From assembly GCA_023954355.1 (NCBI GenBank), contig JAMLID010000002.1, forward strand, positions 1,130 through 65,129: 64,000 nt of DNA. Direction: 5' to 3'. Every line of letters begins with the position of its first letter. Positions within the stretch are counted from its first letter, which is position 1. Both the position numbers and the translations under genes were made by a program. Of the stretch, positions 52,128-61,847 are shown in pieces. The DNA comes from Oligoflexia bacterium (GTDB taxonomy: Bacteria; Bdellovibrionota; UBA1018; CAIPTA01). The notes under the pieces were generated by a model. That model had not been told where the DNA came from, did not search any database, and saw nothing but the letters and a program-made list of their open reading frames with translations.

Positions 52128-54002
52128 ATGATAGAGAATTTAGTGGGTAAGTCACGAATAGTGACAACAATTACGTATGCTATAAATTATTATTTCTTTG
52201 GCTTATCTCTATCTAGTTTTCGTTACTTAAATTTCTTTATTCATTTTTTAAATACTCTTCTTATGGGATGGCTATTTTATCGATGGACAAAAAAAATTCC
52301 ATTTCTTGCAATGTCATTATTTTTGTTAGCTCCTATAACAGTGGAGTCAGTTATTTATCTTACTGGTAGGTCTGGATTACTTTCGACTTTTTTTGTTTTA
52401 TTGGCTTTAGCAATGCAGGGGTCTGTTTTTCTAGAAAAAAAACCACTTCTTCGAATTTTTACTTTTTGTTTAACAATGGGCCTTGCTGTTTTAAGCAAAG
52501 AAAATGCAGTGGCAATTTTATTATTAGTATTTTTAGTGCAGCCATTTGATAAAAAGCGCTATATAGAATCTTTCCCTTTAATTTCATCTATACTAATAGC
52601 ATTTAGTTTTATTTTATTTTCAAAATGGTCATACATAACAAATTCTGTGATGGGGATATTTAGAATTCATGGAGAATTATACGCCTTATCTTATGATCAG
52701 TTCTTACTTTTACAGCTTTCTTTGTGGCCAAAAATGTTTGCACTTCTTTTTAATCCATCATTAATGTCTATTGATCATTCTGTAGTATTGCCGTCATCCA
52801 TATTTTCTATAAATGTGGCACTAGGTTTTTCACTTCTTGTTTTTGGGATATTTTGTATTTATCAAAGCTTTAAAAAAATGCAGTTTGCATACTTATCTAT
52901 AGCGTGGTTTTTTATATGCTTATTGCCCACAAACTCTATCATTCCCGTATTTGACCCATTGGCAGAGCGGCATCTTTATATGGCAAGTATTGGAATCGCG
53001 TGGTTTATCTCATATTTTATTATGAACACGCCCTATTTAAAGAACGTATGGTTGGTTTTTTTTGTATTAAGTTTTTCGTTGGTTCCAATAGCGAAATCGC
53101 GCGCGCAAGATTGGAGAAGTGCGTACTCGTTATGGTCTGATGCGTATGAAAAGTATCCTTCAAAATATCGTATTGCACTAAATACAGCCTATTATGCATC
53201 TTTAGAGTTAGAAGATAGAAGGCCTGCAATAAAAATTGCATGTAAGTTATTAAACGAAACACCTCCTGGTGATTTAACCTATGAGCAGCAAGAGCTTTTA
53301 CTCAGCTTCATAAAAGGTAATTTAGGTATTGTAATGAATAATCTAAATTCTAAAACTAGTATAAATGATATAGATAAATATTGTTTATTGAATGGCTTTT
53401 GGAAAGATCTTTTTAAGCTAAAATTGACACTACCTTGGCAAGAGAAAGACGAGTGGTTAGATCAGTATGAGAAAACATATAATGAGTATTCTAGTAAAGA
53501 ACCTATCAATTTAAGAGCATCTTTAAGCTATTATGCTCATACATTAGAAGTTTATTTGGGCTTTTTTTATGTTCGTCTAGAAGACTGGCAAAATGCGCGC
53601 TTACAGTTTGAAAAGGTTTTGTTTAATTATAAAGACCGCCACTCGCCTTATTGGCAAATTAGAGAAAACTTAGGTGATGCTTATCGCAAGCTAGGCTTAT
53701 ACGAGAAGGCAGCTGAGCAGTATGAATTATGTATGTATCAGTACAAAGTGTTTAAGAGGTTTCCAAAATCTCTCTTAGAGAAAATGATAGAAAACTATAA
53801 ACAGTTAAATGATCTAGTGCGCGCAAAGGATTCTTTAGGGGAAATGATTCGAGTATATACAGATGATCCAAGAGTTCGTGATGCTTATGCTACTGCTTTA
53901 GAAGAATTAAATGATCGTCATGCTGGTTCGCAGAGAAAAGAGGCGAATTTTTATTTGCGCAACGCAAGAAACCTAGAAGAGTACGAAATTATAAGTCCAT
54001 AG
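52128..54002 (+). CDS. Polytopic membrane protein (about 11 TM) with C-terminal TPR-like helical repeats; GT-C/PMT-ArnT-like candidate
   Basis: Hydrophobic N-terminal 400 aa, soluble helical C-terminus. No catalytic motif assigned. Confidence 0.45.
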   Translation: MIENLVGKSRIVTTITYAINYYFFGLSLSSFRYLNFFIHFLNTLLMGWLFYRWTKKIPFLAMSLFLLAPITVESVIYLTGRSGLLSTFFVLLALAMQGSVFLEKKPLLRIFTFCLTMGLAVLSKENAVAILLLVFLVQPFDKKRYIESFPLISSILIAFSFILFSKWSYITNSVMGIFRIHGELYALSYDQFLLLQLSLWPKMFALLFNPSLMSIDHSVVLPSSIFSINVALGFSLLVFGIFCIYQSFKKMQFAYLSIAWFFICLLPTNSIIPVFDPLAERHLYMASIGIAWFISYFIMNTPYLKNVWLVFFVLSFSLVPIAKSRAQDWRSAYSLWSDAYEKYPSKYRIALNTAYYASLELEDRRPAIKIACKLLNETPPGDLTYEQQELLLSFIKGNLGIVMNNLNSKTSINDIDKYCLLNGFWKDLFKLKLTLPWQEKDEWLDQYEKTYNEYSSKEPINLRASLSYYAHTLEVYLGFFYVRLEDWQNARLQFEKVLFNYKDRHSPYWQIRENLGDAYRKLGLYEKAAEQYELCMYQYKVFKRFPKSLLEKMIENYKQLNDLVRAKDSLGEMIRVYTDDPRVRDAYATALEELNDRHAGSQRKEANFYLRNARNLEEYEIISP

Positions 54003-54050
54003 TATTTGGGGAATTGACAAGCGCAGGATTATTCAGGAGAGTATTGATTT

Positions 54051-54338
54051 ATGGGGCAGCTAGAGGGTTTAAAATTTCAAAAAGCAAAAAACATTCACTG
54101 GAAAAGTGTAAATGGTGAAGCAGTTTTGCTGCATATTGGCAGCGGTGACTACTATGCACTGGATAAGGTTGGAACCTTCTTATGGGGGCAGATGGCAGAG
54201 CGTAGCACTGCTATAACTGATTTGATTGATTCCTTAGTTATGGAGTATGATTGTAACAGGGATCAGGCGATGCGGGATGCCAAGGAATTTTGCGGAAGCT
54301 TATTAGCGGAACGTTTGTTAGAAACCACGGAAGAGTAG
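54051..54338 (+). CDS. PqqD-family protein (RiPP recognition element-type peptide chaperone)
   Basis: 95 aa. WKSVNGEAVLL...DYYALDKVGTFLW...LIDSL...Y.....A..D...F...L matches PqqD family architecture. Confidence 0.6.
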   Translation: MGQLEGLKFQKAKNIHWKSVNGEAVLLHIGSGDYYALDKVGTFLWGQMAERSTAITDLIDSLVMEYDCNRDQAMRDAKEFCGSLLAERLLETTEE

Positions 54339-54340
54339 GG

Positions 54341-54451
54341 ATGGGAATGGCTAAAGAAAATGTCAAAAAAAGCGGTAAAGCAAAAAAGCAGTACCAAAAA
54401 CCAACGCTTACAAAGTACGAAAAAATTAAAAGAGTACACGCGTACTTCTAG
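54341..54451 (+). CDS. Candidate leader/precursor-peptide ORF, 36 aa (MGMAKENVKKSGKAKKQYQKPTLTKYEKIKRVHAYF). Alternative reading frame to the annotated start of the downstream peptidase.
   Basis: ATG 3 nt after the PqqD stop with GGAAGAG upstream. Contains YQKPTL (YxxPxL-like / PqqA-like KP motif). Overlaps frame of 54360-55028. Confidence 0.2.
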   Translation: MGMAKENVKKSGKAKKQYQKPTLTKYEKIKRVHAYF

Positions 54452-55028
54452 TTTTAAAGCACCACCTAGTCGATTAAGCAAAGACAAGGTTCACCAAATT
54501 GCTATGGAGTTGGCGCAGTTAGAATATACGAAAAGCTCTAAGCACTCGCAAACTGCTATAATCGAAGGCGTATCTATGTGGCCTCTTTTGCGGCCAGGCT
54601 ATTTAGCTAAGTATAAAAGAGGAAACCTAAATCAATTAAACGAAGGCGATATAATTGTTATTCGCAGTCGAGGTAGAAAATCTGAGAAGCATATTGCGAT
54701 TCATCGCTTATTGGGCAGAATAGGTCCCTATTTTTTAGAGTCCGGAGACAATACATATACGGCTGCGCTAATTCATGAAAAAGATATTTTGGGAAAAGTG
54801 GTAGAAGTTTTCTCTCATGATGGAAGCAAAGTGAAACTTCCCAAATTTAAGCCTGGCAAAAAATCTTCCTTTTTTACTTCTTGCGCACATTTGTTTTTTT
54901 ATTTACATGAAAGTAAAAATCAGGTTTTGGGTAGTAAAAAGAGTAAAATTTTGTGGAATGCCTCAGTGCTTTATAGAAAAAGCTTATCAGTGCTTGGGCT
55001 AAAAGTACCTAATCTACCACCTCTCTAA
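54360..55028 (+). CDS. S24/S26-family serine peptidase (LexA/signal-peptidase fold). The catalytic domain begins near residue 50, so the true start may be the internal Met (AMELAQ).
   Basis: EGVSMWPLL (GxSMxP Ser motif) and GDIIVIR. Confidence 0.5.
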   Translation: MSKKAVKQKSSTKNQRLQSTKKLKEYTRTSSFKAPPSRLSKDKVHQIAMELAQLEYTKSSKHSQTAIIEGVSMWPLLRPGYLAKYKRGNLNQLNEGDIIVIRSRGRKSEKHIAIHRLLGRIGPYFLESGDNTYTAALIHEKDILGKVVEVFSHDGSKVKLPKFKPGKKSSFFTSCAHLFFYLHESKNQVLGSKKSKILWNASVLYRKSLSVLGLKVPNLPPL

Positions 55029-56613
55029 AAAAATTTTTCTCTTCCATAATTTTATACCAATTGCGAAATTCATCGGGTGATAAAGAAATGTAGTAGTATT
55101 TTTCTTGGATTTTCTCGATAGGAAAAGAATGAAAGATCCTTAAAGATGGGGGAGCAAAGATATGCACTTTTCCATTAAGTTTATTATTAAGGCTTTCAGT
55201 GTAGAGATTTCTTAGTCTTAAATAATTAGAGTATTTCCAATCGGTGAATAGCCAGGATTTTCTTTGTAGTATGCTCCTATGTAGAATTAAATGATCTGGA
55301 TGTACAAAAATAAATATGTCAGAAGGCCGGCTCATCTCTCTTAGGTTTTCTTCAAAGTTTAGATAGCTAATCTCTTCAAGAGACACTCTATTCAGTAGGT
55401 TTAGTCGGATAGATTCTGTTGAAAATACGTACAAGTTTAAAGAAAGTATTGTAAGAAATAGGATAAATTTATTTTTACAAATTAGTAATAAACTAAAAAT
55501 AAAAGCAGTAATGATGAAAATAGTTCTGGTTAGTGTGTAGTCATGGTCTCTATAGTGGGGATAAAAAACGAGTAAGTGAAATACTAGTGGGATGGAGAAT
55601 AGATTTAGTATTGCTAGTTTTTTATTTTTATAAAAACAAGCGTAGACAAAAAATGCAAAACTGCTGACAAGTGTGAGAAAAAGTAAAAGACCACCTATTT
55701 TTCCATGTAAAGAATAAATGGTTTCAAGAAAATCAAAAATTCTTAAGTTCTGGTAGTTTTGAAACAAATTGGTTCTACTTTCAAGAGAAAGATAAATTTT
55801 CTGTTGAGCATCTTTTGTCCACGAAAAGATGGGGATAAAGAAAAGTAGCAATGACACTAAAAATGTGATTAGAGTCGGTATGATTTTTTTTCTGTTTTCT
55901 TGGAAAATCCACAAAAACAGTATGTAAAAAAATAAAATAAAATAAAAAGACCAATCTGTGCACAATCCCCAGAATAGAGCGAGCAAAGTTAGCCTTTCAA
56001 TTGTGTGAGATGGTTTTATAGATTGCCAAAAAAGTAGCAAAATAAATATAGAGTAGGGTAGAGCACTTGCTAGGTCAGCAAAAAAAGTTGTACTAAAAAA
56101 AAGATATATTGGTGGATAAAAAACAGTAAAGATTTGTACTGAGACGAAAGCAAAAAGAGAGAGATAAACAGAACGATCTTTTAATATCAAGAAGGCAAGG
56201 CTGGCTAGTACTAGAGAAAGCAGATAGTGAATAAGCATTGTGTATGAATCAACAAGTCTATAATCGATTTTAGGCTTAAAAATAGATGAGATTATATATA
56301 GTGGAATCATAAAACCAGAAGGATAGCTAAAGTATTTTTCTTGTGACTCTGGTGTTTCAAAAAATTGATTTTGTGCAAGAGAAAACTTTAGAGAGAAAAT
56401 TCCCATTCGCTTCCAATGAAGTAAATAAGTAACAGAATTTTCTGTATTTATTCTCCAGCTCAAATCTGTAGCAGATCCAGGGTGCCCAAAAATTTCTTTT
56501 TTTTCTAAAAAGCCAGCGCTAAAAACTAGAATAGAAACCAGGGCTAGAAAAATTGTTGTGGCGACATGTCTTATGAGCATTTTAAAAACTATATCTGGGA
56601 ACGATAAGATCAC
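55009..56613 (-). CDS. Large polytopic membrane protein (about 13 TM), GT-C/ArnT-like or polymerase/ligase-like candidate
   Basis: Hydrophobicity only. Confidence 0.45.
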   Translation of the reverse strand: MILSFPDIVFKMLIRHVATTIFLALVSILVFSAGFLEKKEIFGHPGSATDLSWRINTENSVTYLLHWKRMGIFSLKFSLAQNQFFETPESQEKYFSYPSGFMIPLYIISSIFKPKIDYRLVDSYTMLIHYLLSLVLASLAFLILKDRSVYLSLFAFVSVQIFTVFYPPIYLFFSTTFFADLASALPYSIFILLLFWQSIKPSHTIERLTLLALFWGLCTDWSFYFILFFYILFLWIFQENRKKIIPTLITFLVSLLLFFIPIFSWTKDAQQKIYLSLESRTNLFQNYQNLRIFDFLETIYSLHGKIGGLLLFLTLVSSFAFFVYACFYKNKKLAILNLFSIPLVFHLLVFYPHYRDHDYTLTRTIFIITAFIFSLLLICKNKFILFLTILSLNLYVFSTESIRLNLLNRVSLEEISYLNFEENLREMSRPSDIFIFVHPDHLILHRSILQRKSWLFTDWKYSNYLRLRNLYTESLNNKLNGKVHIFAPPSLRIFHSFPIEKIQEKYYYISLSPDEFRNWYKIMEEKNFFREVVD

Positions 56614-56792
56614 CTAAAGCATTGAACGTTTTCCTCTGGTATAGCTGTATCCGTGTAAGCGGGGTCGATATTAAGTTGAATGCTTTGCTTTTTACCTTAT
56701 TTTTTAACTATGTGAGGGATAAAATCTGTGAAAATACTCCAAGAAACTCAGCTTTTAGGTGTTGCTATACAATTTGTGGATATAATAGAAGT

Positions 56793-58151
56793 ATGGGTGC
56801 CTCTTCGCTCAAAACCTGTGCGCATATCTATTTTTTGTTAGCGATTATCTTTTTTGCTAGTGGTCGTAGTGCCTTTTCTGAAGATGGTGGCGAAAACACT
56901 TTTTATATAGATGCAAATCGTACAGAATCTATGGAGGAGGAAGATCTAGAAAACACTATTTCACCTGATCAAGAGACTAGTGTTGTTGATTCTATGGATA
57001 AAAACTATTTATATCCAGTAGCAAATCATGCGGGTGCTAGTGATCAACCAGGGGATATAGGAAGCTTTTTAAAAAAAGGAAAAGTCCCAAAATATATTAG
57101 AATTAATATCAATGGATATAACGTTAGAAAAACACCTGAGTTTGAATCAGCGAAAACAGATAATTTAGATTTTAAATCTGAAAAGGGATCACTGTTCGCG
57201 GTAACAAGAGTACAGCCTTTAGAAAAAGGGGTTGCAGTAGGAATTTATGTAGGCGGAGAAGAGCGTTGGATCTATGTACCCAACTGGAGAAAAGATGATT
57301 TTCAATTTTGTGAAACCGAAGCATGTTACGAGGTAATTTCTAAGGTATTAAATATTTTAAACAGTAAACCAGAAGTATCTGCCGAATCTGAGACAGAATG
57401 TGTTGTTCCTCTGGCAGAAGAGACATCGATTGCAAAAGAAATCGCATCTATACCATTAGAAAATATTCCAGTGCCCAAGTGGCGACCACCGTATACAAAA
57501 AAACTAGACGAAAATATTCCTTCAGAGAATAGATATTATCGACCTTTAAGAGTCACACCTCTATGGGAGCGTGCTAGATCTAGGGATGGAAAGCAATTAA
57601 CGAGAATGGCTAGAGAGTCTCTAGCAACATATGGCAGAACGTTGTTAGCGAAAACAGCTTTGAGAGACCAACGATCGTGGTGTCCGAATTATTCTCGTCT
57701 TACCTCTTCAGAGCGAGAAGAGTTTTGGATTCATTTATTGAATGGAATGGCAAAATATGAGTCAGATTTTGATTTAAGCCCAGCACCATATGATGAAGAA
57801 AGAAGCATCAATGTATCGAGAGGGCGAATTAAAAAAAATGATTATAGTATGGGCTTTTTTGCTTTATCTTATGGTGGTACAGAGCAGCGTGCCTACAGAA
57901 ATTTTTGCAAATTCTCTTGGTCAAGAGATAAGCATAAAGATGTGAGTGACCCAAGCCTAACAATTCATGATCCAAAAAAACAAATGGATTGTGCTGTGGG
58001 AATTTTAAACCACTTAGTAGGGCAAGATGGAGCCATTGGAGGTAGTGTTCGCGGAGGTGCAAGATGGTGGTCTGTATTAAGGGATTCAAATGTTCGAGGG
58101 TCTAGAGGTATTAAATCATCGTTAAAAAGGTACAGGCCATGTTGGGGGTAA
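56793..58151 (+). CDS. Secreted protein, possibly a lytic transglycosylase-like C-terminal domain. Start placed at the internal ATG (MGASSL...) with a TATAAT box upstream.
   Basis: Signal peptide after the internal Met. YESDF...SMGFFALS resembles the SLT ES.F...GLMQ block. Weak. Confidence 0.35.
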   Translation: MGASSLKTCAHIYFLLAIIFFASGRSAFSEDGGENTFYIDANRTESMEEEDLENTISPDQETSVVDSMDKNYLYPVANHAGASDQPGDIGSFLKKGKVPKYIRININGYNVRKTPEFESAKTDNLDFKSEKGSLFAVTRVQPLEKGVAVGIYVGGEERWIYVPNWRKDDFQFCETEACYEVISKVLNILNSKPEVSAESETECVVPLAEETSIAKEIASIPLENIPVPKWRPPYTKKLDENIPSENRYYRPLRVTPLWERARSRDGKQLTRMARESLATYGRTLLAKTALRDQRSWCPNYSRLTSSEREEFWIHLLNGMAKYESDFDLSPAPYDEERSINVSRGRIKKNDYSMGFFALSYGGTEQRAYRNFCKFSWSRDKHKDVSDPSLTIHDPKKQMDCAVGILNHLVGQDGAIGGSVRGGARWWSVLRDSNVRGSRGIKSSLKRYRPCWG

Positions 58152-58158
58152 GAAAAAT

Positions 58159-58575
58159 ATGAAAATTTTAATAACGACCATTTTATTATTAATACTATTT
58201 CAAGGCACAGCTCAAGCAGAAGCTTTTATACTAAGTTGCGGAATAGGGGCAGACCAAGGAATCAAAGCAGCAGAGCTGTCATTAGTTGATGATCCTGAGA
58301 AAACTCTCGAAATTTATGAAAAAGGGAAAGTCTTACAAAAAGGTGAGTATGGCACTGCTTCGCGAGGCGAGCTTTGGATTGTAACTATTTTTGGGCAAAG
58401 AGGAGCTCTTGATCGAAAATATGAGATTAACCTTAACAATCAGACGGTCAAAGAATTTATTATTGACGATAAAGACGTCAAGCCTTTAGGAAAAACTAAG
58501 AAATGTAAGATTCATGAAACTAGTGCGCTTAGGTCTTTTGATAAACTAAAAAAATCGTTGCTTGGGCGCTCGTAA
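58159..58575 (+). CDS. Secreted hypothetical protein
   Basis: Signal peptide. Confidence 0.4.
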   Translation: MKILITTILLLILFQGTAQAEAFILSCGIGADQGIKAAELSLVDDPEKTLEIYEKGKVLQKGEYGTASRGELWIVTIFGQRGALDRKYEINLNNQTVKEFIIDDKDVKPLGKTKKCKIHETSALRSFDKLKKSLLGRS

Positions 58576-60750
58576 GCGTAAAAGAGTTTCTTTATGAGCT
58601 TTGGCAATGTGATCTAAACCTCTCTTGCCCCACTTAAAAGCAAATCGAGACATACCGTCTTCTAAGAAATCATCTCGCTTAAAGAGGTTTCCTTCAAAGC
58701 TCATAGAACCAAAATGGTGAACGTATATATCTTTTGCCCATACCAGTTTTAATCCTAGGTCTTCAGTTCTCAAGCACAGATCATCGTCCTCAAAGTAGCC
58801 GATTCCAAACTCTTCTCCAAACAACCCAACTTTTTCAATTGTGGCTCTTGGCAAAACCATACATAGACCACTGATTTTTTTAACTCTCTCCCATGATCCT
58901 TGATTTTCTGATTCTAATTTTTCGTTATATTGGAAAAATTCTCTTAGGCCGTTATAGCTTGGCTTAAAAAGAGCTTGACCTGATTCTGTATTTGCAGAAG
59001 GGCCCAAAATACCGAGTCTATCAATATGCTGCAAATGTTTTTCAAAGCAATTTAGCCAGTGAGGGGGAACGATAGTGTCATTATTTAAGATTACAATATT
59101 TTTTCCTCGGGCGGCTCTTATCCCTACATTATTCCCTTTAGCAAAACCTAAATTTTCTTTATTGCGAATTACTTTTAAATTTTTTATCAAGCCAGCTTTA
59201 TCTGCGGTGCCATCTGTAGAGTTATTGTCGACCAAAATATATTCAGCTTTGATCTCAGGATGTAATTTAGCTGCGTGAGATAAAGATCTTAGACATAATT
59301 CAGTAAATGCCCACTGGTTAAATGTTAAAACTATAACAGAAAAGTCTGGGTTTTTATCTGGTTTTTCGAAGCTTGGTGCATCCAGTGAAATCTCATGGTC
59401 TCTTTTAACAAGGGTATATTCGATCTTTTTCAGAGGCGATGCTATTTTTTTCATTTCAGAAAGAACAATTTGTTGTAAATAATTTTTTGAGAAGCGTTTT
59501 TCTACGTAGGATTTTCCATTCTTATGAAGTTTATTCCATAGCGGTTTATCTGTATGTAATCGCTTTATAGCATTAGCAAAATCTTCTGCTGTATCAGCTA
59601 CTAAGCAGTTTTCTTCATTTGTTAAACCCATTCCTAATGCACCTAAGTGGGTGGTCACTACGGGTACACCATAGGCTAAGGCCTCACCGATTTTTCCGTT
59701 CATGCCTGCTCCGAACAAAATGGGAGCAATACTGATTCTTGCACTATCTAAATATGGTTTTGTGCTTGGTACATAGCCTGTTACTTTAAACATCTCTTTA
59801 TGTGCACCAAACTTACCAATGGTACGTACAATTTTTGGTGGATTAGAGCCCACCAGTGAAATAGGGATATTCGTATTGGCTAAAAATGGTGCAACCTCGT
59901 GTTTTAGGAAAATAGCTGAGCTTACATTTGGGTTATGATCAAAGTTTCCTATAAAAATACACCCATTTCTTTCTTCAAATTTTGGTAAAGACGCTTTTTT
60001 ATGCTCAGGCATTCTATGGATATTAGGTATAAAAAGTGTTTCTAAATTTGGACAGTGTTTTTTTAATTCATTTTTATCATCTTCACTCACAACAACTACA
60101 GCGTCGCATTTTTCGTATACTTTAAGTTCATGCTCTCGAACATGATCAGCATATGTACGATGGTCTAGTACTTTTTGTTTATGGGCAGAGAGTTTTGGTT
60201 TTTTCTTCTCATGTTTAGTGTTTACTAAAAATCTAACCTCTGACTCTAGATAGTTAGCCTGTCTGGCTAGACGTCTGAAGTGTAAGTCGACAGAATCACA
60301 TACAACTTTTGCCCACGGTTGGTATTGTCTAATTTGATCGATATATTGATCCATTAAATAAAAAAACTCGACCCAGATCATGTCGTAGACTTTTTGAGAT
60401 AAAAAAGGCCGAATGTCATAATCATTTGTTGGGCGTATGGTGAAAGGTACAGGTTCAGCAAAATTTAGTGCATTTATGTTGATAGAGCGAAGGTCATCAA
60501 TATATTTTTGGTCTAAGAAATTAACTTTACTGAGATTGAAACTAGAGTCTCTCACAATATAATCTAAACGTTTTTCTTTAATATGCCATGCTGTATGGGT
60601 AGTAGAGAGAAAATCAATGTCGTACTCGTCTCTCAAAATATCTAAAATTTGAAAAAGACGATAATCGCCACTGGCTCTATCATGAAGCGGTAGGGTTTTA
60701 GCTAGGACTAAAATTCTTTTCTTTTCTTTCATGGCAGAAACGCCCTCCAA
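58546..60750 (-). CDS. Bifunctional glycosyltransferase: N-terminal GT-B (GT4-like) domain plus C-terminal GT2 domain
   Basis: GKIGEALAYGVPVVTT (GT4 E-x7-E region). C-terminal FSVIVLTFNQ...LVDNNSTDGT GT2 motifs. Confidence 0.7.
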   Translation of the reverse strand: MEGVSAMKEKKRILVLAKTLPLHDRASGDYRLFQILDILRDEYDIDFLSTTHTAWHIKEKRLDYIVRDSSFNLSKVNFLDQKYIDDLRSININALNFAEPVPFTIRPTNDYDIRPFLSQKVYDMIWVEFFYLMDQYIDQIRQYQPWAKVVCDSVDLHFRRLARQANYLESEVRFLVNTKHEKKKPKLSAHKQKVLDHRTYADHVREHELKVYEKCDAVVVVSEDDKNELKKHCPNLETLFIPNIHRMPEHKKASLPKFEERNGCIFIGNFDHNPNVSSAIFLKHEVAPFLANTNIPISLVGSNPPKIVRTIGKFGAHKEMFKVTGYVPSTKPYLDSARISIAPILFGAGMNGKIGEALAYGVPVVTTHLGALGMGLTNEENCLVADTAEDFANAIKRLHTDKPLWNKLHKNGKSYVEKRFSKNYLQQIVLSEMKKIASPLKKIEYTLVKRDHEISLDAPSFEKPDKNPDFSVIVLTFNQWAFTELCLRSLSHAAKLHPEIKAEYILVDNNSTDGTADKAGLIKNLKVIRNKENLGFAKGNNVGIRAARGKNIVILNNDTIVPPHWLNCFEKHLQHIDRLGILGPSANTESGQALFKPSYNGLREFFQYNEKLESENQGSWERVKKISGLCMVLPRATIEKVGLFGEEFGIGYFEDDDLCLRTEDLGLKLVWAKDIYVHHFGSMSFEGNLFKRDDFLEDGMSRFAFKWGKRGLDHIAKAHKETLLRLRAPKQRFF

Positions 60751-61847
60751 AATTCTTTTGCCTCTGCATCAGCAGCGCTTTGACTTAGGTGAAAGTGGCT
60801 TCTGAACTCACTGGCTAATTGCTTAACAGATTTCATTTTGCTCATTTTTTTCCACATTGCTAATTGATCGCCAGAAAGATTTACAATTCCTTTTTGGGGA
60901 ACATAAATAGTCCATTCTGAATCTTTTACAGGCCAACCAATAGATTTTTTTGGATTTTTTCTTTTCTGTGGGCACTTTTTATAAGCACTTTCATAGCCAG
61001 CGCGTATACCAGAAGAAAAAGCCACTGCAATCTCTTCTATTTCTAGTCTAGTATCTGTTGCTTGGCTTAAATTTGGATGCTTTCGTATTCGTTGAAAAGC
61101 ATCTAATGAGGCTTCTAAAGCGCTTAGGCGTGGTTCGTCTGATAAAAATTGATAAGTTCTAAGTAGCCACGCCTCACCCATACCGTAGCGTTCAAACTGG
61201 TTAATGATTTCACTACGTGTATTTCTTCTATAGTGAGTAATTTTAGCAGCCTCGTTATATTCAATCTGAAAACCTTGCAAAACAGCTCTCCAGCACCAGT
61301 CAATATCCATAGCACCAGCTGCAGCTTCTGAGAAAATACCCACAGTGTGAAAAACAGAATGTTTAACAGCTAAATTACAGGTTGGTCCCCAGGGTAGTGC
61401 ATGGGCAAGTGCCTTAGCAGTTCGCTCTGAGTGTCCCTCAAATAAAAGGCAAGCTAGTTTTCCATAATTTGTAGGGGCATCAAAAATTTTAGAATTTGTA
61501 CTGCCTACAGAAATGTCTACTTTCTCTAAATAAGTTTCATGTTCGCGAATAAGATTTTTTGAAGGAAGGGTGTCTGCATCTAAAAATATTAGATTTTGTC
61601 CTTTTGCTTTTTTTACACCTGTGTTCAGTGGTTTAGCGAAGCCTAGTTTTTTTTCTATAATCAAATGCCAGTTTTTGAACTTTGATTTTTTAAAAAAACT
61701 TGTAAGAATTTTTTTACTGTTATCTGTAGAACCGTTGTCTACAAAAATGACTTCTTGATTTTTAGATAATTGAATCTCTAAAGAGAGTAAAAGGTCGGGT
61801 AGAAACTTTTCTTCATTTAAGACAGGAATAATAATTGACGTTTTCAT
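60729..61847 (-). CDS. Family 2 glycosyltransferase
   Basis: SIIIPVLNE...FVDNGSTDNS...DAD motifs. Confidence 0.75.
   Translation of the reverse strand: MKTSIIIPVLNEEKFLPDLLLSLEIQLSKNQEVIFVDNGSTDNSKKILTSFFKKSKFKNWHLIIEKKLGFAKPLNTGVKKAKGQNLIFLDADTLPSKNLIREHETYLEKVDISVGSTNSKIFDAPTNYGKLACLLFEGHSERTAKALAHALPWGPTCNLAVKHSVFHTVGIFSEAAAGAMDIDWCWRAVLQGFQIEYNEAAKITHYRRNTRSEIINQFERYGMGEAWLLRTYQFLSDEPRLSALEASLDAFQRIRKHPNLSQATDTRLEIEEIAVAFSSGIRAGYESAYKKCPQKRKNPKKSIGWPVKDSEWTIYVPQKGIVNLSGDQLAMWKKMSKMKSVKQLASEFRSHFHLSQSAADAEAKEFWRAFLP

Noticed and set aside
51962-52150. 62-aa ORF overlapping the end of the GT2 gene and the start of the TPR membrane protein
   Set aside because: It overlaps both neighbours in different frames and is probably the mis-called N-terminal TM helix of one of them. 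It is not reported as a separate gene.
54360-54500. Highly basic 45-residue N-terminus of the annotated S24/S26 peptidase as a genuine domain
   Set aside because: It is Lys-rich because of an A-rich DNA stretch that is open in two frames. It is treated as uncertain rather than as a nucleic-acid-binding domain; see the alternative small-ORF finding.
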